Below are positions 44,517-54,584 of a stretch of 64,000 nt of DNA, piece after piece (within the stretch, counting starts at the first letter, position 1; each line of letters begins with the position of its first letter). The stretch is taken from the NCBI GenBank assembly GCA_035352955.1, contig DAOPYQ010000003.1, forward strand, positions 76,901 to 140,900, in the 5' to 3' direction. A program made the position numbers and the translations under genes. The notes under the pieces were generated by a model. The model saw nothing but the letters and a program-made list of their open reading frames with translations. It did not search any database and had not been told where the DNA came from. The DNA comes from Candidatus Omnitrophota bacterium. GTDB taxonomy: Bacteria; Omnitrophota; Omnitrophia; Omnitrophales; Aquincolibacteriaceae.

Positions 44517-46069
44517 ATGCCTTGCATTTTTTGATCGATCTTGGTCCGGTCCAGAACATCCGCCGGAAGCACGGTCGAAGGTTTCACGATCTTCACCGTC
44601 AGAAAAATAACGAGATCCGTTTTCAACCCGTTATTGGTGTTCCGGTCGAAGATCTTCCCCAAAAGGGGTATCTTACTCAAATAAGGGACTCCCCCGACCT
44701 CGGTCGTCTTCGCATCGCTCAGAAGCCCGCCCATCACCGCCGTATCCCCATCATCAACGACCATTTGCGTCTCGGCCTCACGGGTATCGATGATCGGATA
44801 GGAGGCGATCGTCGCCGTGCCCAGCGTTCCGCCTTTAACGTCCACCGTGCCATTTTGATTGGAAACCGTCGGATGCACGATCAGATTGACCTTGTCCTCA
44901 TTGTCGCCGACGATCTGGGGAACCACCTTGAGCTGAATGCCGATATTCTGATAATACGAAAGCGAGCCACCGACCGTGTTGTTGACATTCGTGCTCGACG
45001 TAGTCTCCAGGATCGGGTACTGCTTACCAACCAGGATCGTCGCCTCGCGCCCATCCATCGTCAAAACGGTCGGCGTAGACAACGTGTTGGTATTTTCATC
45101 CTGTTGAAGCGCGTGCAAAACCATTTGAAATTTCGTCCCATTCACCTTGGCGAGATTGAATTCAAGACCTGAATTCGCGGCAGTCGTCCCGGTCTCCATG
45201 GGAACAAAAGCATCCGGAGTGACAGACGTCGGAAAACGACTCCCGAGCCCCGCGGTAAAATCCTTGTTGAAGATTGAGGCGCTCCCGGGCGTTTCCGTCG
45301 GCGTCCCGAAGTTGATCCCGAGATCAAAAAGCTTCTGCGCCGTCACTTCCAGAATGACTCCCCGGATCAGGACCTGTTTCGGCGCAACATCCATTTCGAC
45401 GATAAGCTTCGCGATCTGACGGACCACGGTCGGTGTATCGGAGACCGCCAGGATCTTTGTGCGGGTCATTTTTGTCGTGTTGGCCGGCGCCGTCGGCGGC
45501 GTATAAGTGCTGCTGCCGGAAGAACTGTCCGGGACACTCATCAAACCGCTCGTCGACGCGGAAAACCCCCAGCCTTGCTTGTTCACGACATCAAGCACCG
45601 AAACCTTGCCGTCCTTGGTCAAGAACGGCTGGATCATTTTTGCGACATCCGCGGCCTCGATATGCGTCAGTTTGAAAGCCTCGATCTTCATGCCGCCGGA
45701 GGCGAACAACGCATCATCCTCTTTTTTCTGGTCTTCCTGCAGTTTCGTGAGAGTCGAAACGGTCAGGATACCCCCGTCCTGGGTATAACCGAGATCGTAC
45801 ATCTTGAGAATGATCTTGAGCGCGGTCTTCCAGTCCACATTCTCGAGATCCACCGTCACGAGCCCGAACACTTCAGGCGTCGTCACGATATCGATCTTCT
45901 TCCCCTCCTGCTCGGCCTTCTTCTCGATGGCCTTGAGAACGGTCGCGATATCCGTATCCTTGAACTTAAGGCTTCCCAACTCGGCCGCAAAGGCCGCGGA
46001 CGTCGCGGCGCACAGAACCAACGCTGCGATCACGATGATGGTTCGGACCTTCATGATTCCTCCGTTCAC
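44513..46069 (-). CDS. pilQ: Type IV pilus secretin
   Basis: Signal peptide, N0/N1 domains, and the C-terminal secretin domain (VVDDGDTAVMGGLL...GVPYLSKIPLLGKIF). Confidence 0.88.
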   Translation of the reverse strand: MNGGIMKVRTIIVIAALVLCAATSAAFAAELGSLKFKDTDIATVLKAIEKKAEQEGKKIDIVTTPEVFGLVTVDLENVDWKTALKIILKMYDLGYTQDGGILTVSTLTKLQEDQKKEDDALFASGGMKIEAFKLTHIEAADVAKMIQPFLTKDGKVSVLDVVNKQGWGFSASTSGLMSVPDSSSGSSTYTPPTAPANTTKMTRTKILAVSDTPTVVRQIAKLIVEMDVAPKQVLIRGVILEVTAQKLFDLGINFGTPTETPGSASIFNKDFTAGLGSRFPTSVTPDAFVPMETGTTAANSGLEFNLAKVNGTKFQMVLHALQQDENTNTLSTPTVLTMDGREATILVGKQYPILETTSSTNVNNTVGGSLSYYQNIGIQLKVVPQIVGDNEDKVNLIVHPTVSNQNGTVDVKGGTLGTATIASYPIIDTREAETQMVVDDGDTAVMGGLLSDAKTTEVGGVPYLSKIPLLGKIFDRNTNNGLKTDLVIFLTVKIVKPSTVLPADVLDRTKIDQKMQGI

Positions 46070-46074
46070 TCTGC

Positions 46075-46554
46075 CTATTTCAGATGAAGTTCAAATTCCG
46101 ATGTTTTATCTTTAAGTTTCACACTATCGGGCTGTATCTTGACTACCTGAAACCCGTTCAGGGTGTCCCCTTCTTTCAGAAAAGTCTGATTAATGACCGC
46201 CGTGGGGATCTTGTCACCCCACAGGATGCCTTCCAGAACCAGCATGCTCCGGGGATCTCTCGGGCCGATCTGTCCCCCCACGAACGGATCACGCTCAACG
46301 GAAAGCGCGTCCGTCACTCCGTTAAATCTCCCAAAAAAACTATCGTCCAAAACCGGCTTTCTCTTGACCAGAGAAGGAACAGAAACGGTCCCACCCTGAA
46401 ATGAGACGGATGCGGCAACGTTCGGAGCCGGGAGCGGCAAAACCCGCTTCGCAGCGTTGATCTTTTTGACAAGAGAACCCGTCGCCGACACCAAGAGAAG
46501 TGCCGTGACGACCACGACCCCGAGTTCAATGATCTCTTTTTTTCTCATGGTCAC
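46075..46554 (-). CDS. pilP: PilP-like pilus assembly protein
   Basis: Size, N-terminal membrane/lipo-anchor, and its position between pilO and pilQ. Confidence 0.6.
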   Translation of the reverse strand: MTMRKKEIIELGVVVVTALLLVSATGSLVKKINAAKRVLPLPAPNVAASVSFQGGTVSVPSLVKRKPVLDDSFFGRFNGVTDALSVERDPFVGGQIGPRDPRSMLVLEGILWGDKIPTAVINQTFLKEGDTLNGFQVVKIQPDSVKLKDKTSEFELHLK

Positions 46555-47138
46555 TCCAAAAAAAACAGGCTGAGTTCAAGGACGGCCGAAAGAGGCGGCG
46601 AATCCGCGGACCGTCTAACGACATCCAGACGTTCCACCGCCATGTACGCCGGCAAGATTTTTCGCAAAGCCTCGATATACCGGATCAGGTTCAGGTACTC
46701 GCATTTCACGGTCATGGTAACCAGCTGAACCTTCGCGGGCTTCCCGTCCACGCGCAGGACCTCGCCGCGGCTGTCTCTGAAATTCCCGGCAGGCTTCGTC
46801 GTAATTTTGTCCACCTTGATCTGGAATTTGTAGGCGTATTCCGTAAGCATCAAAAGAGACTTCGCCTCCTCGGCCGGAAATCTCCGCAAAAGCTCCTGGC
46901 GGATTTTCATGAAATAGGCGGCCGCCTGGTCCGGATTCTTCTGTTCCCGGATCACTTGTCCGACCCATTTAAGCTGTTCCTCGACCAAATGATATTTTCT
47001 CCGAAGAGAGATCAGTCGCTCGTCCGTCTTCCAATCGACGAACACCTGGAAGGCCAGGGCCAGAGCCAGGACGGCGAGGCTGCCGGCAAAGATAGCGACT
47101 TGCGACGCTGATATTTTAGGCTTTCCGACTTCAATCAT
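46551..47138 (-). CDS. pilO: PilO-like pilus assembly protein. The ORF extends to 47246 and the start is uncertain (M18, M20 or M37).
   Basis: Single TM helix, then a coiled-coil and the PilO periplasmic fold pattern. ATGA overlap with pilP. Confidence 0.6.
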   Translation of the reverse strand: MIEVGKPKISASQVAIFAGSLAVLALALAFQVFVDWKTDERLISLRRKYHLVEEQLKWVGQVIREQKNPDQAAAYFMKIRQELLRRFPAEEAKSLLMLTEYAYKFQIKVDKITTKPAGNFRDSRGEVLRVDGKPAKVQLVTMTVKCEYLNLIRYIEALRKILPAYMAVERLDVVRRSADSPPLSAVLELSLFFLE

Positions 47139-48702
47139 TTTTAAACACGCCCCTGATACGGAATTCGGACCCCGAAACGGGTTCCGCATAAACATTCCCA
47201 AAAAAAGACGACCCTTTGAGCCTTTTGACGAGCGCTTCGGCCGCACCAGCCCGCTGCAATTCGGGAAGGTTTACCGTCACCTCAAGCGCCAATCGACGCC
47301 CCGCGGCATCGAGATCAAAACGCTTGAGCACGAGCTCCGGCGGCAGCAGGTACCCCAAAAGTTTAAGCATCTTTTCAGCCGGAACGACGCCGCGGTCGAT
47401 TTCGCGCGTCAAAAAATACCGGGGAAACGCCGCGGACGAAAGGTCGGAAAACGTCCCCAGGGTTTGCAAGTGACGCTTGGCAAACGCGAGACGGTCCAAA
47501 TAATAACCGGTCTCGATCTTCGCGAAAAAAAACGGCGTTGCGAGAATCGCCGCCATAGCGAGCGTCCCCAAAGCCAGAAATTTCCTCTGCATCGCCTCAA
47601 ACTTCGCGGTACGGAACTCATACGGGAGAAAATTCACGGTTTCATGTCCTCCGAGCACTCCTGCGATCCCGCTGACACACTGACTCAGACGAACTGGGTC
47701 CTGAACGCCCTCCCCTTGTTTGCATTGAATCGTCGGAGGAAGAAGAAAATGATGGACGCCGATCCCGAGCTCGCGCCCCAGAAAAACATCGAGGTTCTTA
47801 AACTTCGTCCCGTGGCCGGTCAGATAAAGCGCGACGGGCTTTTCATCCTTAAGGTTCGTCATGAAGTACGTGAAGGAATAACGGACCTCACGGACCAGCC
47901 CCTCGAGAAGCGGCCGCAATAAATTGAAAAATTTGGCCTCCCGGCCCTCCCCGCTCCCGACCGGAGACTCTTCGAGAGGAACGCCGATCGACAGCACCGC
48001 GGCTTCGATCTCGCTATCGGCCTCGGGGGTCTGGAATTTTGTTCCAAGAAACAAGGGATCATTCAGGATCAGTTGGACCTTAGAGTACGAAAAACCCAGT
48101 GTCCGGATAAAGATCAGCTTCCCTTTGACGTAGATGGAAAGGGTCGAATCACCGTATCCGAGATCCAGCACCGCCTGAGGGGCTGACCCCTGCCCGTAGT
48201 TTTCGAGGATCTTCGCGTTGTTCAGAGGCGCAGCGGTAACCTGCGCCACTTCGTACCCGAACCGTCCGAGCATGCGGACATAGTCACTCAAAAGTTTTCG
48301 GTTCACGACCGAATAAAGCGCCACCTCTTGTTTAGCGCCTTCCTCATCGGAAAATTCTTTAACAACGTCGTAATTAAAAAAAACATTCTCTTGGCTAAGC
48401 GCCCCGTCCTCCTTCGCCTGCCAAGCGATCGCGGAGGCAAGTTCTTTGGGGGGCATTGCGGGAAGTATCGTGGCCTTGACGGTGATCACCCGGGGATCGG
48501 AAATGGTGAGGTAAACCTTCCGAGCGTTCACTTTATTCTCTTTGACAAACTGACGGAGGGTTTCGCTGATCCGGGACTTGAGGTCTTCCGTCGGAGGAAT
48601 CGTCAGAACCTTCTCCTGACGGATCACGAGAGACGGACCATCCTTGTCTAACAGAAGCACCTTCAGCCGGTGCCGTCCGATCTCAAGTGACAAAAATTGC
48701 AT
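47131..48702 (-). CDS. Fused PilM-PilN protein (523 aa)
   Basis: N-terminal actin-like PilM ATPase domain of about 350 aa. This is followed by the PilN signature NFLPYEFR (INLLP motif), a TM helix LALGTLAMAAILATPFFFAKI, and the PilN periplasmic domain. Confidence 0.75.
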   Translation of the reverse strand: MQFLSLEIGRHRLKVLLLDKDGPSLVIRQEKVLTIPPTEDLKSRISETLRQFVKENKVNARKVYLTISDPRVITVKATILPAMPPKELASAIAWQAKEDGALSQENVFFNYDVVKEFSDEEGAKQEVALYSVVNRKLLSDYVRMLGRFGYEVAQVTAAPLNNAKILENYGQGSAPQAVLDLGYGDSTLSIYVKGKLIFIRTLGFSYSKVQLILNDPLFLGTKFQTPEADSEIEAAVLSIGVPLEESPVGSGEGREAKFFNLLRPLLEGLVREVRYSFTYFMTNLKDEKPVALYLTGHGTKFKNLDVFLGRELGIGVHHFLLPPTIQCKQGEGVQDPVRLSQCVSGIAGVLGGHETVNFLPYEFRTAKFEAMQRKFLALGTLAMAAILATPFFFAKIETGYYLDRLAFAKRHLQTLGTFSDLSSAAFPRYFLTREIDRGVVPAEKMLKLLGYLLPPELVLKRFDLDAAGRRLALEVTVNLPELQRAGAAEALVKRLKGSSFFGNVYAEPVSGSEFRIRGVFKND

Positions 48703-48719
48703 GAACCGCCTTCGTTCGC

Positions 48720-49274
48720 TTAAAGGTACTTGTTCACTTTAACGGAAGAACTTTGCGTGCTAGTCCCATCTAGTGTATCGGACGAACCCGTCCCGTTTTT
48801 AGCGATTAAATCGACCTTTATTCGCCGGACATTGGCCGGTGTCACGGGCTGGGTCAAGGGCGCGTCGCTGGCATCGGTGTAAGTGAAAAGCGATCCTCCG
48901 ACGCCCGCAATCGTCATGTCCGCAGGCATGTAATACGGCACAAGGGCATCGGCCCCGGTAGCGATCTTCCGGTACAGTTTCCCCGCCGTCAATCGGTATT
49001 CGATCGTCTGGTCATCCTGATTCGTCACGATAACTTGGTTCGCGCCGGCCGTGGTGACGGCTTTGCAGAAACGAAGCCCCTTCGCGGTCTTATCCCCTTC
49101 TGTCAGGATCTCAAGGGCGTCGGCCGCAAGCGTGTCGGCCCGAACCTGGTTGGGAAGATAAAAAGTGGTCTTCGTAACAAACCCCAGGATATGAAGACCG
49201 CCCACGACGAGCAAGGCGGCGATCAGCGTCACCATCACCAGCTCGATCAATGTAAATCCCGATTGTTTTTTCAT
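48720..49274 (-). CDS. Type IV minor pilin / pseudopilin
   Basis: Prepilin N-terminus MKKQSGFTLIELVMV (peptidase cleavage and methylation motif). Confidence 0.8.
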   Translation of the reverse strand: MKKQSGFTLIELVMVTLIAALLVVGGLHILGFVTKTTFYLPNQVRADTLAADALEILTEGDKTAKGLRFCKAVTTAGANQVIVTNQDDQTIEYRLTAGKLYRKIATGADALVPYYMPADMTIAGVGGSLFTYTDASDAPLTQPVTPANVRRIKVDLIAKNGTGSSDTLDGTSTQSSSVKVNKYL

Positions 49275-49642
49275 GGCGCGTACGTCACATCTTTGGCGAT
49301 GGAACCGTAAAGCGTTGCCAGGACCGCCGAAGTCCCCGAACGCTTAGCGGTCAGCACGATGTCTTTCCTTTCCGCACCGTTGCTTCCTGTCACCGTCGTC
49401 ACCGTCCAGTTAACGATCATGGAGTTGATCGTGGAACTTCCCGTCGCCACGGAGGCATACGCCGTGTTATTCAGCCGCTCCATTTCACTGCGCGCCGCGT
49501 TGCCGGCAATGGTCAAATCTCCGGACGATATCGTCCCCTGAACCTGCTGGCCGATCATATACCCGACCGGGATCGCGATAAGCGTCAGGATGATCATCGC
49601 CATGATCAATTCAATCAGGGTGACTCCTCGTCGGCAATTCAT
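49271..49642 (-). CDS. Type IV minor pilin / pseudopilin
   Basis: Prepilin N-terminus RRGVTLIELIMAMIIL. ATGA overlap with the downstream gene. Confidence 0.8.
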   Translation of the reverse strand: MNCRRGVTLIELIMAMIILTLIAIPVGYMIGQQVQGTISSGDLTIAGNAARSEMERLNNTAYASVATGSSTINSMIVNWTVTTVTGSNGAERKDIVLTAKRSGTSAVLATLYGSIAKDVTYAP

Positions 49643-49657
49643 TTTTCGCTTCCCACC

Positions 49658-50686
49658 TCAGCACCCCGTTCCGATCTTCACTTCATCGATTGAGATAGGT
49701 TCTTTACCGCTTGCGTTATTTGTATACTTCGTACCGAATTGAAGCGTCCCGGTCGTATTCCGGACCGTCACAACCGTCGTGTTGGAATTTTTCAGCACCC
49801 CGTCCACATAGATCCTCATACCCGAACTGCCCCAAGCGCCTTGCACAAGATACCACGTCCCCAAAACCGGGGTAACGTTACTGTTCAAAACCGTGGTCAC
49901 TCCTCCCGAATTTGTAAGTTCAAGCGCGAATTTTCCGCCATTGAAAGTGATCCCGTACGCCGTCACCGAATTGTTTGAAAGATGCCCCTTGAAAACAATG
50001 CCCCCGCTGGCACCGACCGAACCATCCACACGGACACGCACAAGGATCGAACCGCTCGTGGTCAAATCCAGCCCGGAGCTATCCGCGACCCAGGCATACG
50101 TATGGGTATTCGAAATATTGAACTTCAGGGCATAATCCAAAGCGCCGTCCGGGCCGGCCACCCACGCCGTCTGGGACGGCTGGTTTCCCATGATGGTCGC
50201 CTGATAAGTTCCGGAGGTCGGAGAACTGCTGCCGGAACCTTCCGGAAATTCCCAGTCATAGACCGCAGTTCCCGTTCCGGCCGGAGGCGGAGGGATCCCG
50301 GTACCGTCGCCTTCCATGTAGATCTGCACTTTGTTCGAGGCCAACTCATACTGGGCAAAAACGGTCCGCGAAATCGAACCAGCGGGCGAGACGGAAGTTC
50401 CGGTACATTTGAGTTGATAGATCCCGCAGCCGGATGCCACTTGCACCAGATTGATCTGGTTATTCGCGTCGATGTTCGAAACGGGAAGCGCCGCGCCGGT
50501 CGATCTCAGGTTGAAGATCCCTCGATGGATACCGGCCTGCGCAAGATAAAGCGCGTCCATGTTCCGGTTCTGGGATTCGTTGCGGGTGACACTGTTGGTG
50601 ATGTAAAACGTAGCACCGAAGACAATGATGGGGACAAGAATAACGATTAACAGAACAGCCGGCAGAGCAAAACCCCTGCTCTTCAA
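49658..50686 (-). CDS. PilX-N-like minor pilin fused to a C-terminal LamG/concanavalin-like domain (putative tip adhesin)
   Basis: N-terminus MKSRGFALPAVLLIVILV...ALYLAQAGIHRG is PilX_N-like. The C-terminus GTWYLVQGAWGSSGMRIYVDGVLKN is typical of LamG jelly-roll domains. Confidence 0.6.
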   Translation of the reverse strand: MKSRGFALPAVLLIVILVPIIVFGATFYITNSVTRNESQNRNMDALYLAQAGIHRGIFNLRSTGAALPVSNIDANNQINLVQVASGCGIYQLKCTGTSVSPAGSISRTVFAQYELASNKVQIYMEGDGTGIPPPPAGTGTAVYDWEFPEGSGSSSPTSGTYQATIMGNQPSQTAWVAGPDGALDYALKFNISNTHTYAWVADSSGLDLTTSGSILVRVRVDGSVGASGGIVFKGHLSNNSVTAYGITFNGGKFALELTNSGGVTTVLNSNVTPVLGTWYLVQGAWGSSGMRIYVDGVLKNSNTTVVTVRNTTGTLQFGTKYTNNASGKEPISIDEVKIGTGC

Positions 50687-50762
50687 TGGAACCCCCGCGA
50701 AAGGAGCGTGAGCGGCAGCCGCTTTGGCCGCCGCTCACGCATTACGAAAAAAAAGGCGACAA

Positions 50763-51131
50763 CTAGTCTGTAAAAGAGCCGGTCGTGCTGTTGTAAACGT
50801 AGGCGCCATTGGCAGGCCCTGTATAGCCCGTGGCAGTCTTGGTCCAGTCCTGCTGGATCCCGTCCTGATCCAGGACCGTCGTGAAGCACTTATTGGTCTT
50901 TGAACAAGCTCCGTTGGAAGCACTGTCCAGCGTTGCGGGATAAGCCTTGTTCTTCGCGAAATAGGTGTAAATGCCGGAACGAACGCCGCCCACGACCCCC
51001 TGCTCGGCTGCCGTCTTCGCATCCGTCTGGAGATCATAGTATTTGGGAATGGCCACAACCGCCAGAAGCCCCAACAAAACAATCACCATGATCAATTCAA
51101 TGAGCGTAAAGCCTCTTTTATTCATCAACAT
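50763..51131 (-). CDS. pilA: Type IV major pilin. The ORF extends to 51161; the likely start is M11 or M13.
   Basis: MNKRGFTLIELIMVIVLLGLLAVVAIPKY is the canonical type IVa pilin N-terminus. The protein is small (about 120 aa) with a C-terminal Cys pair. Confidence 0.85.
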   Translation of the reverse strand: MLMNKRGFTLIELIMVIVLLGLLAVVAIPKYYDLQTDAKTAAEQGVVGGVRSGIYTYFAKNKAYPATLDSASNGACSKTNKCFTTVLDQDGIQQDWTKTATGYTGPANGAYVYNSTTGSFTD

Positions 51132-51179
51132 TTTCGTTCTCCTTTCGCTGAACTGCTGCACTCAATTAACAACTTTAGA

Positions 51180-52394
51180 CTAACGGCGGAAAAGACTGAT
51201 CATATTCCACATCGGGAGGAACATCCCGAGCGCCAGCACCAGGACCATCAGACCGAGGATCACGATCAGCATCGGTTCGATCAAAACCATCAGATTGCTA
51301 ACAATGTAATCCACCTGCATATCATAATAGTCCGAGACCTTCAAAAGCAACTCATCTATTTTTCCGGTCTCTTCCCCCACCCGGACCATCCGCACCACCG
51401 ACGGAGGGAAAATACCGCTCTCCTTCATCGGCTGTGTCATCCCGGTACCTTCGGTCACGCTGACCCGGATCTTTTCGATCGCCCCGGCGACGACGCGGTT
51501 GTCGGCGCTTCCGTAAGCGATTTCGAGAGCCTTGAGCGCCGCGATCCCGCTTTGCAAAAGAATGGCCATCACCCTGGCAAAACGGGACATCTCGGCCTTG
51601 AGGATTAACGGACCCAACACAGGGACCTTGAGCCACACGCGGTCAAAAAGAAGTTTCCCCGAAGGGGTTTGCGCAAACCTTACGATCAAGATCCCCGCCG
51701 CGACCGCACCGATCGCGATAAAGACACCGTAGTGCTGCATCACATCGTGGATGCCGAGCAGGATCCGGGTCGGGAGCGGCAATTCGACATTGCTCTGTGC
51801 AAAAAGTTTCGCAAAGCGCGGGATGATAAAATTCGTCAGCGCAAGAAACGCGAGCACGATCGCGCTCAGCACGATCGTCGGATAACGCAACGCGGATTTC
51901 ACGCGCAACCGCAGCTTTTCTTCCGCCTCGCCGAGATACATCAGCCGCTCCAGGATCTCCTCAATCCGGCCCGACGTTTCCCCGGCACGGAACATGTTCA
52001 CATAAAGAGGCGTAAAGATCTTGGGATAGCGCGCCAGACTGTCTGAGATGCTCGCGCCCCCGCGAATGCTCGTGATCAACCCGTCGACCATACGTTTCAG
52101 CACGGGATTGCGGTCCTGCTCGCTGATCACCTCCAGCGACGCAATGGCCGTAAGACCCGCTTTGATAAGCGTGTAAAATTCGCGGGTAAACGCGTTGATA
52201 TCGGCGATCTTGAGACGGCGGAATTTTAAAAGAAATTCCGTGGAGAGGTCCGCGCCTTCCGGGCGTATCCATACGGGGGTCATCCCCTGCTGCCGGAGCT
52301 TGGCCGAAACATCGAGATCGGAGTCGGCCGTCATTTTCCCTTCCGTGACATTTCCGAAATTATCGCGGGCCTTATAGAGGAAGGAAGCTTCCAT
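51180..52394 (-). CDS. pilC: Type IV pilus platform protein (GspF/T2SSF family)
   Basis: Two T2SSF repeats and three TM regions. Confidence 0.9.
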   Translation of the reverse strand: MEASFLYKARDNFGNVTEGKMTADSDLDVSAKLRQQGMTPVWIRPEGADLSTEFLLKFRRLKIADINAFTREFYTLIKAGLTAIASLEVISEQDRNPVLKRMVDGLITSIRGGASISDSLARYPKIFTPLYVNMFRAGETSGRIEEILERLMYLGEAEEKLRLRVKSALRYPTIVLSAIVLAFLALTNFIIPRFAKLFAQSNVELPLPTRILLGIHDVMQHYGVFIAIGAVAAGILIVRFAQTPSGKLLFDRVWLKVPVLGPLILKAEMSRFARVMAILLQSGIAALKALEIAYGSADNRVVAGAIEKIRVSVTEGTGMTQPMKESGIFPPSVVRMVRVGEETGKIDELLLKVSDYYDMQVDYIVSNLMVLIEPMLIVILGLMVLVLALGMFLPMWNMISLFRR

Positions 52395-54064
52395 TATTCG
52401 ATCTCGGTGACCCGGAGGACCTCTTCCAGCGTAGTGATCCCACGCTGAAGTTTCTCGAATCCGTCCTGCCTCAAGGTCTTCATTCCCTGTTCAATGGCCT
52501 TTTTGCGGATATCGGTGGAGGGCCGCTTGGCATCAACCATGCTTTTGATCTCGTCGGTCATCAGCATCAACTCAAAAATACCGGTACGGCCGAGGAACCC
52601 GGTCTGATTGCAACGAGAGCATCCCTTGCCGCGGATCAACTGAGTGCCCTCGGGAAGCCCCGCGTTCTTAAGCGCCGCAGGAGAGGGCGAATACTGCTCA
52701 CGGCATTTCGTGCAGTTCTCGCGAACGAGCCGCTGCGCGAGAATAGCCACGACGGTGCTCGAAATAAGGAACGGTTCGATCCCCATATCGATCAGACGCG
52801 TCAGAGCCGACGGCGCATCGTTCGTATGCAACGTCGAAAAAACAAGGTGCCCCGTAAGAGACGACTGAATCGCCACTTCAACCGTTTCGCGGTCGCGGAT
52901 CTCACCCACCATCATCACATCGGGGTCCTGGCGGAGAAACCCGCGAAGACCGTTGGCGAACGTGATCCCGGCCTTGGCATTAACCTGAGTTTGACGGACA
53001 CGCGGGATAACGAACTCCACCGGGTCCTCGATCGTCACGATATTCTTGTCCTCGGTATTGATCCGGGAGATCGCGGAATAAAGAGTCGTCGTTTTACCGC
53101 TTCCCGTCGGGCCTGTCACGAGAATGATGCCAAACGGCCGGGCAATAAGTTTCGTAAAGACCTCCAGGTTCTCTTTCGAAAAACCGAGTTCGCCAAGATT
53201 CGGGAGCATCGCACGCTTGTCGAGAAGGCGAAGGACCACGTTCTCCCCGAAAACCGTCGGAAAAGTCGACACGCGAATATCCAGATCCTTACCTTCCAAC
53301 TCCATGTGGATCTTGCCATCCTGAGGCTTGCGGTTCTCCGTAATATCCATTCCGGAGAGGATTTTGACCCTCGAAACAACGGCGCTGTGGATCGGCAAAG
53401 GAAAGGTCGTGATCTGTTGAAGCAGTCCGTCCACGCGGAAACGCACCGAAACGATACCCTCCTCAGGTTCAATGTGAATATCGGACGCACGGGCCTGAAC
53501 GGCCTGGGAAAGAAGGCTGTCCACAAGCTTGCTAACGGGTGTCTGCTCCGAGATCTCCCCCATCAGAGTTTCCTGCATGCTCGGAGCTTTTCCCTTTTCG
53601 AGCGATTTTACGATCTCCGCGACCGAACCGAAAGAACGGTAATAGGCATTGAACGCCTTCTGAAAACCGGACGAGGAAACCAAGATCGGATCGACCGCGT
53701 CATACGGGGTACTCTTCCGGACAAAGTCGATGGCGACAATGTTCTGGGGATCAACCATCCCGACGGAGATCGTCTTGCCCGTCGTGAAAAGCGGAATCAT
53801 GGCATATTTCTTGGCGGCGCTCTCGGGGATCAGTTTGACAAGGGAACGGTCGAGGCGATAACTGCTGAGATCGATATAAGGAATACCGAGGATCGCAGCC
53901 TTGATATTGGCGACGTCTTCTTCGGTCACAAAACCATTCCTGACGAGCACCACTTCGAGAGGCTGCCCGACGCGCGAGGCTTCTTTTTGCGCCTTTTCAG
54001 CTTGGTCCGGCTGGAGAAGTTCCTGCTTCAGTAACAACTCGAGGATCTTCGCCTGCGGAACCAT
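52394..54064 (-). CDS. pilB: Type IV pilus assembly ATPase (GspE family)
   Basis: Walker A GPTGSGKTTT, Asp box, His box, and the tetracysteine motif CTKC...CSRC. Confidence 0.92.
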   Translation of the reverse strand: MVPQAKILELLLKQELLQPDQAEKAQKEASRVGQPLEVVLVRNGFVTEEDVANIKAAILGIPYIDLSSYRLDRSLVKLIPESAAKKYAMIPLFTTGKTISVGMVDPQNIVAIDFVRKSTPYDAVDPILVSSSGFQKAFNAYYRSFGSVAEIVKSLEKGKAPSMQETLMGEISEQTPVSKLVDSLLSQAVQARASDIHIEPEEGIVSVRFRVDGLLQQITTFPLPIHSAVVSRVKILSGMDITENRKPQDGKIHMELEGKDLDIRVSTFPTVFGENVVLRLLDKRAMLPNLGELGFSKENLEVFTKLIARPFGIILVTGPTGSGKTTTLYSAISRINTEDKNIVTIEDPVEFVIPRVRQTQVNAKAGITFANGLRGFLRQDPDVMMVGEIRDRETVEVAIQSSLTGHLVFSTLHTNDAPSALTRLIDMGIEPFLISSTVVAILAQRLVRENCTKCREQYSPSPAALKNAGLPEGTQLIRGKGCSRCNQTGFLGRTGIFELMLMTDEIKSMVDAKRPSTDIRKKAIEQGMKTLRQDGFEKLQRGITTLEEVLRVTEIE

Positions 54065-54098
54065 AGGTCCTCCGGAAGCAGCCGGCTGAAATGCGCGC

Positions 54099-54467
54099 CT
54101 AGCTTCCTATCAGTTTCTGAATGGTTTGTTTGAACGTTTCCTGATTGAACGGCTTCGTCAGGTAGGCATCGGCGCCGACTTCTTCGGCCATTTTCTTGTC
54201 GGCCACGCTTCCTTTTGCGGAAAAAATAACAATGGGAATGTGGTCATACGTCTTGTCGAACTTGAGCATCCGGCAAACCTTGTAACCGTCCAACTTGGGA
54301 AGCATCAGATCGAGAAGGATCATATCGGGACTTTCCTTGCGGGCCGTATTGAGCCCTTCCTGCCCGTCCCTCGCCGTCAGGACCTCGTAGCCGAGCGCGA
54401 TGAGGCGCGCCTCCACGATCGAAAGAATGTCCGGCTCATCGTCCACAACCAAAATTCTTTTTTTCAT
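54099..54467 (-). CDS. Single-domain CheY-like response regulator
   Basis: ILVVDDEPD...LLDLMLPKLDG receiver motifs with no output domain. Confidence 0.85.
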   Translation of the reverse strand: MKKRILVVDDEPDILSIVEARLIALGYEVLTARDGQEGLNTARKESPDMILLDLMLPKLDGYKVCRMLKFDKTYDHIPIVIFSAKGSVADKKMAEEVGADAYLTKPFNQETFKQTIQKLIGS

Positions 54468-54584
54468 TGTTCGCTCCGTCCTTTATCTTATCAAGAGAAC
54501 ATACGGAATACCACACTGCCGGAAACCCAAGTCCCCGGTCGACCCCAGATGAAATATCGACACAACCGACGCGAACTGAATCAA

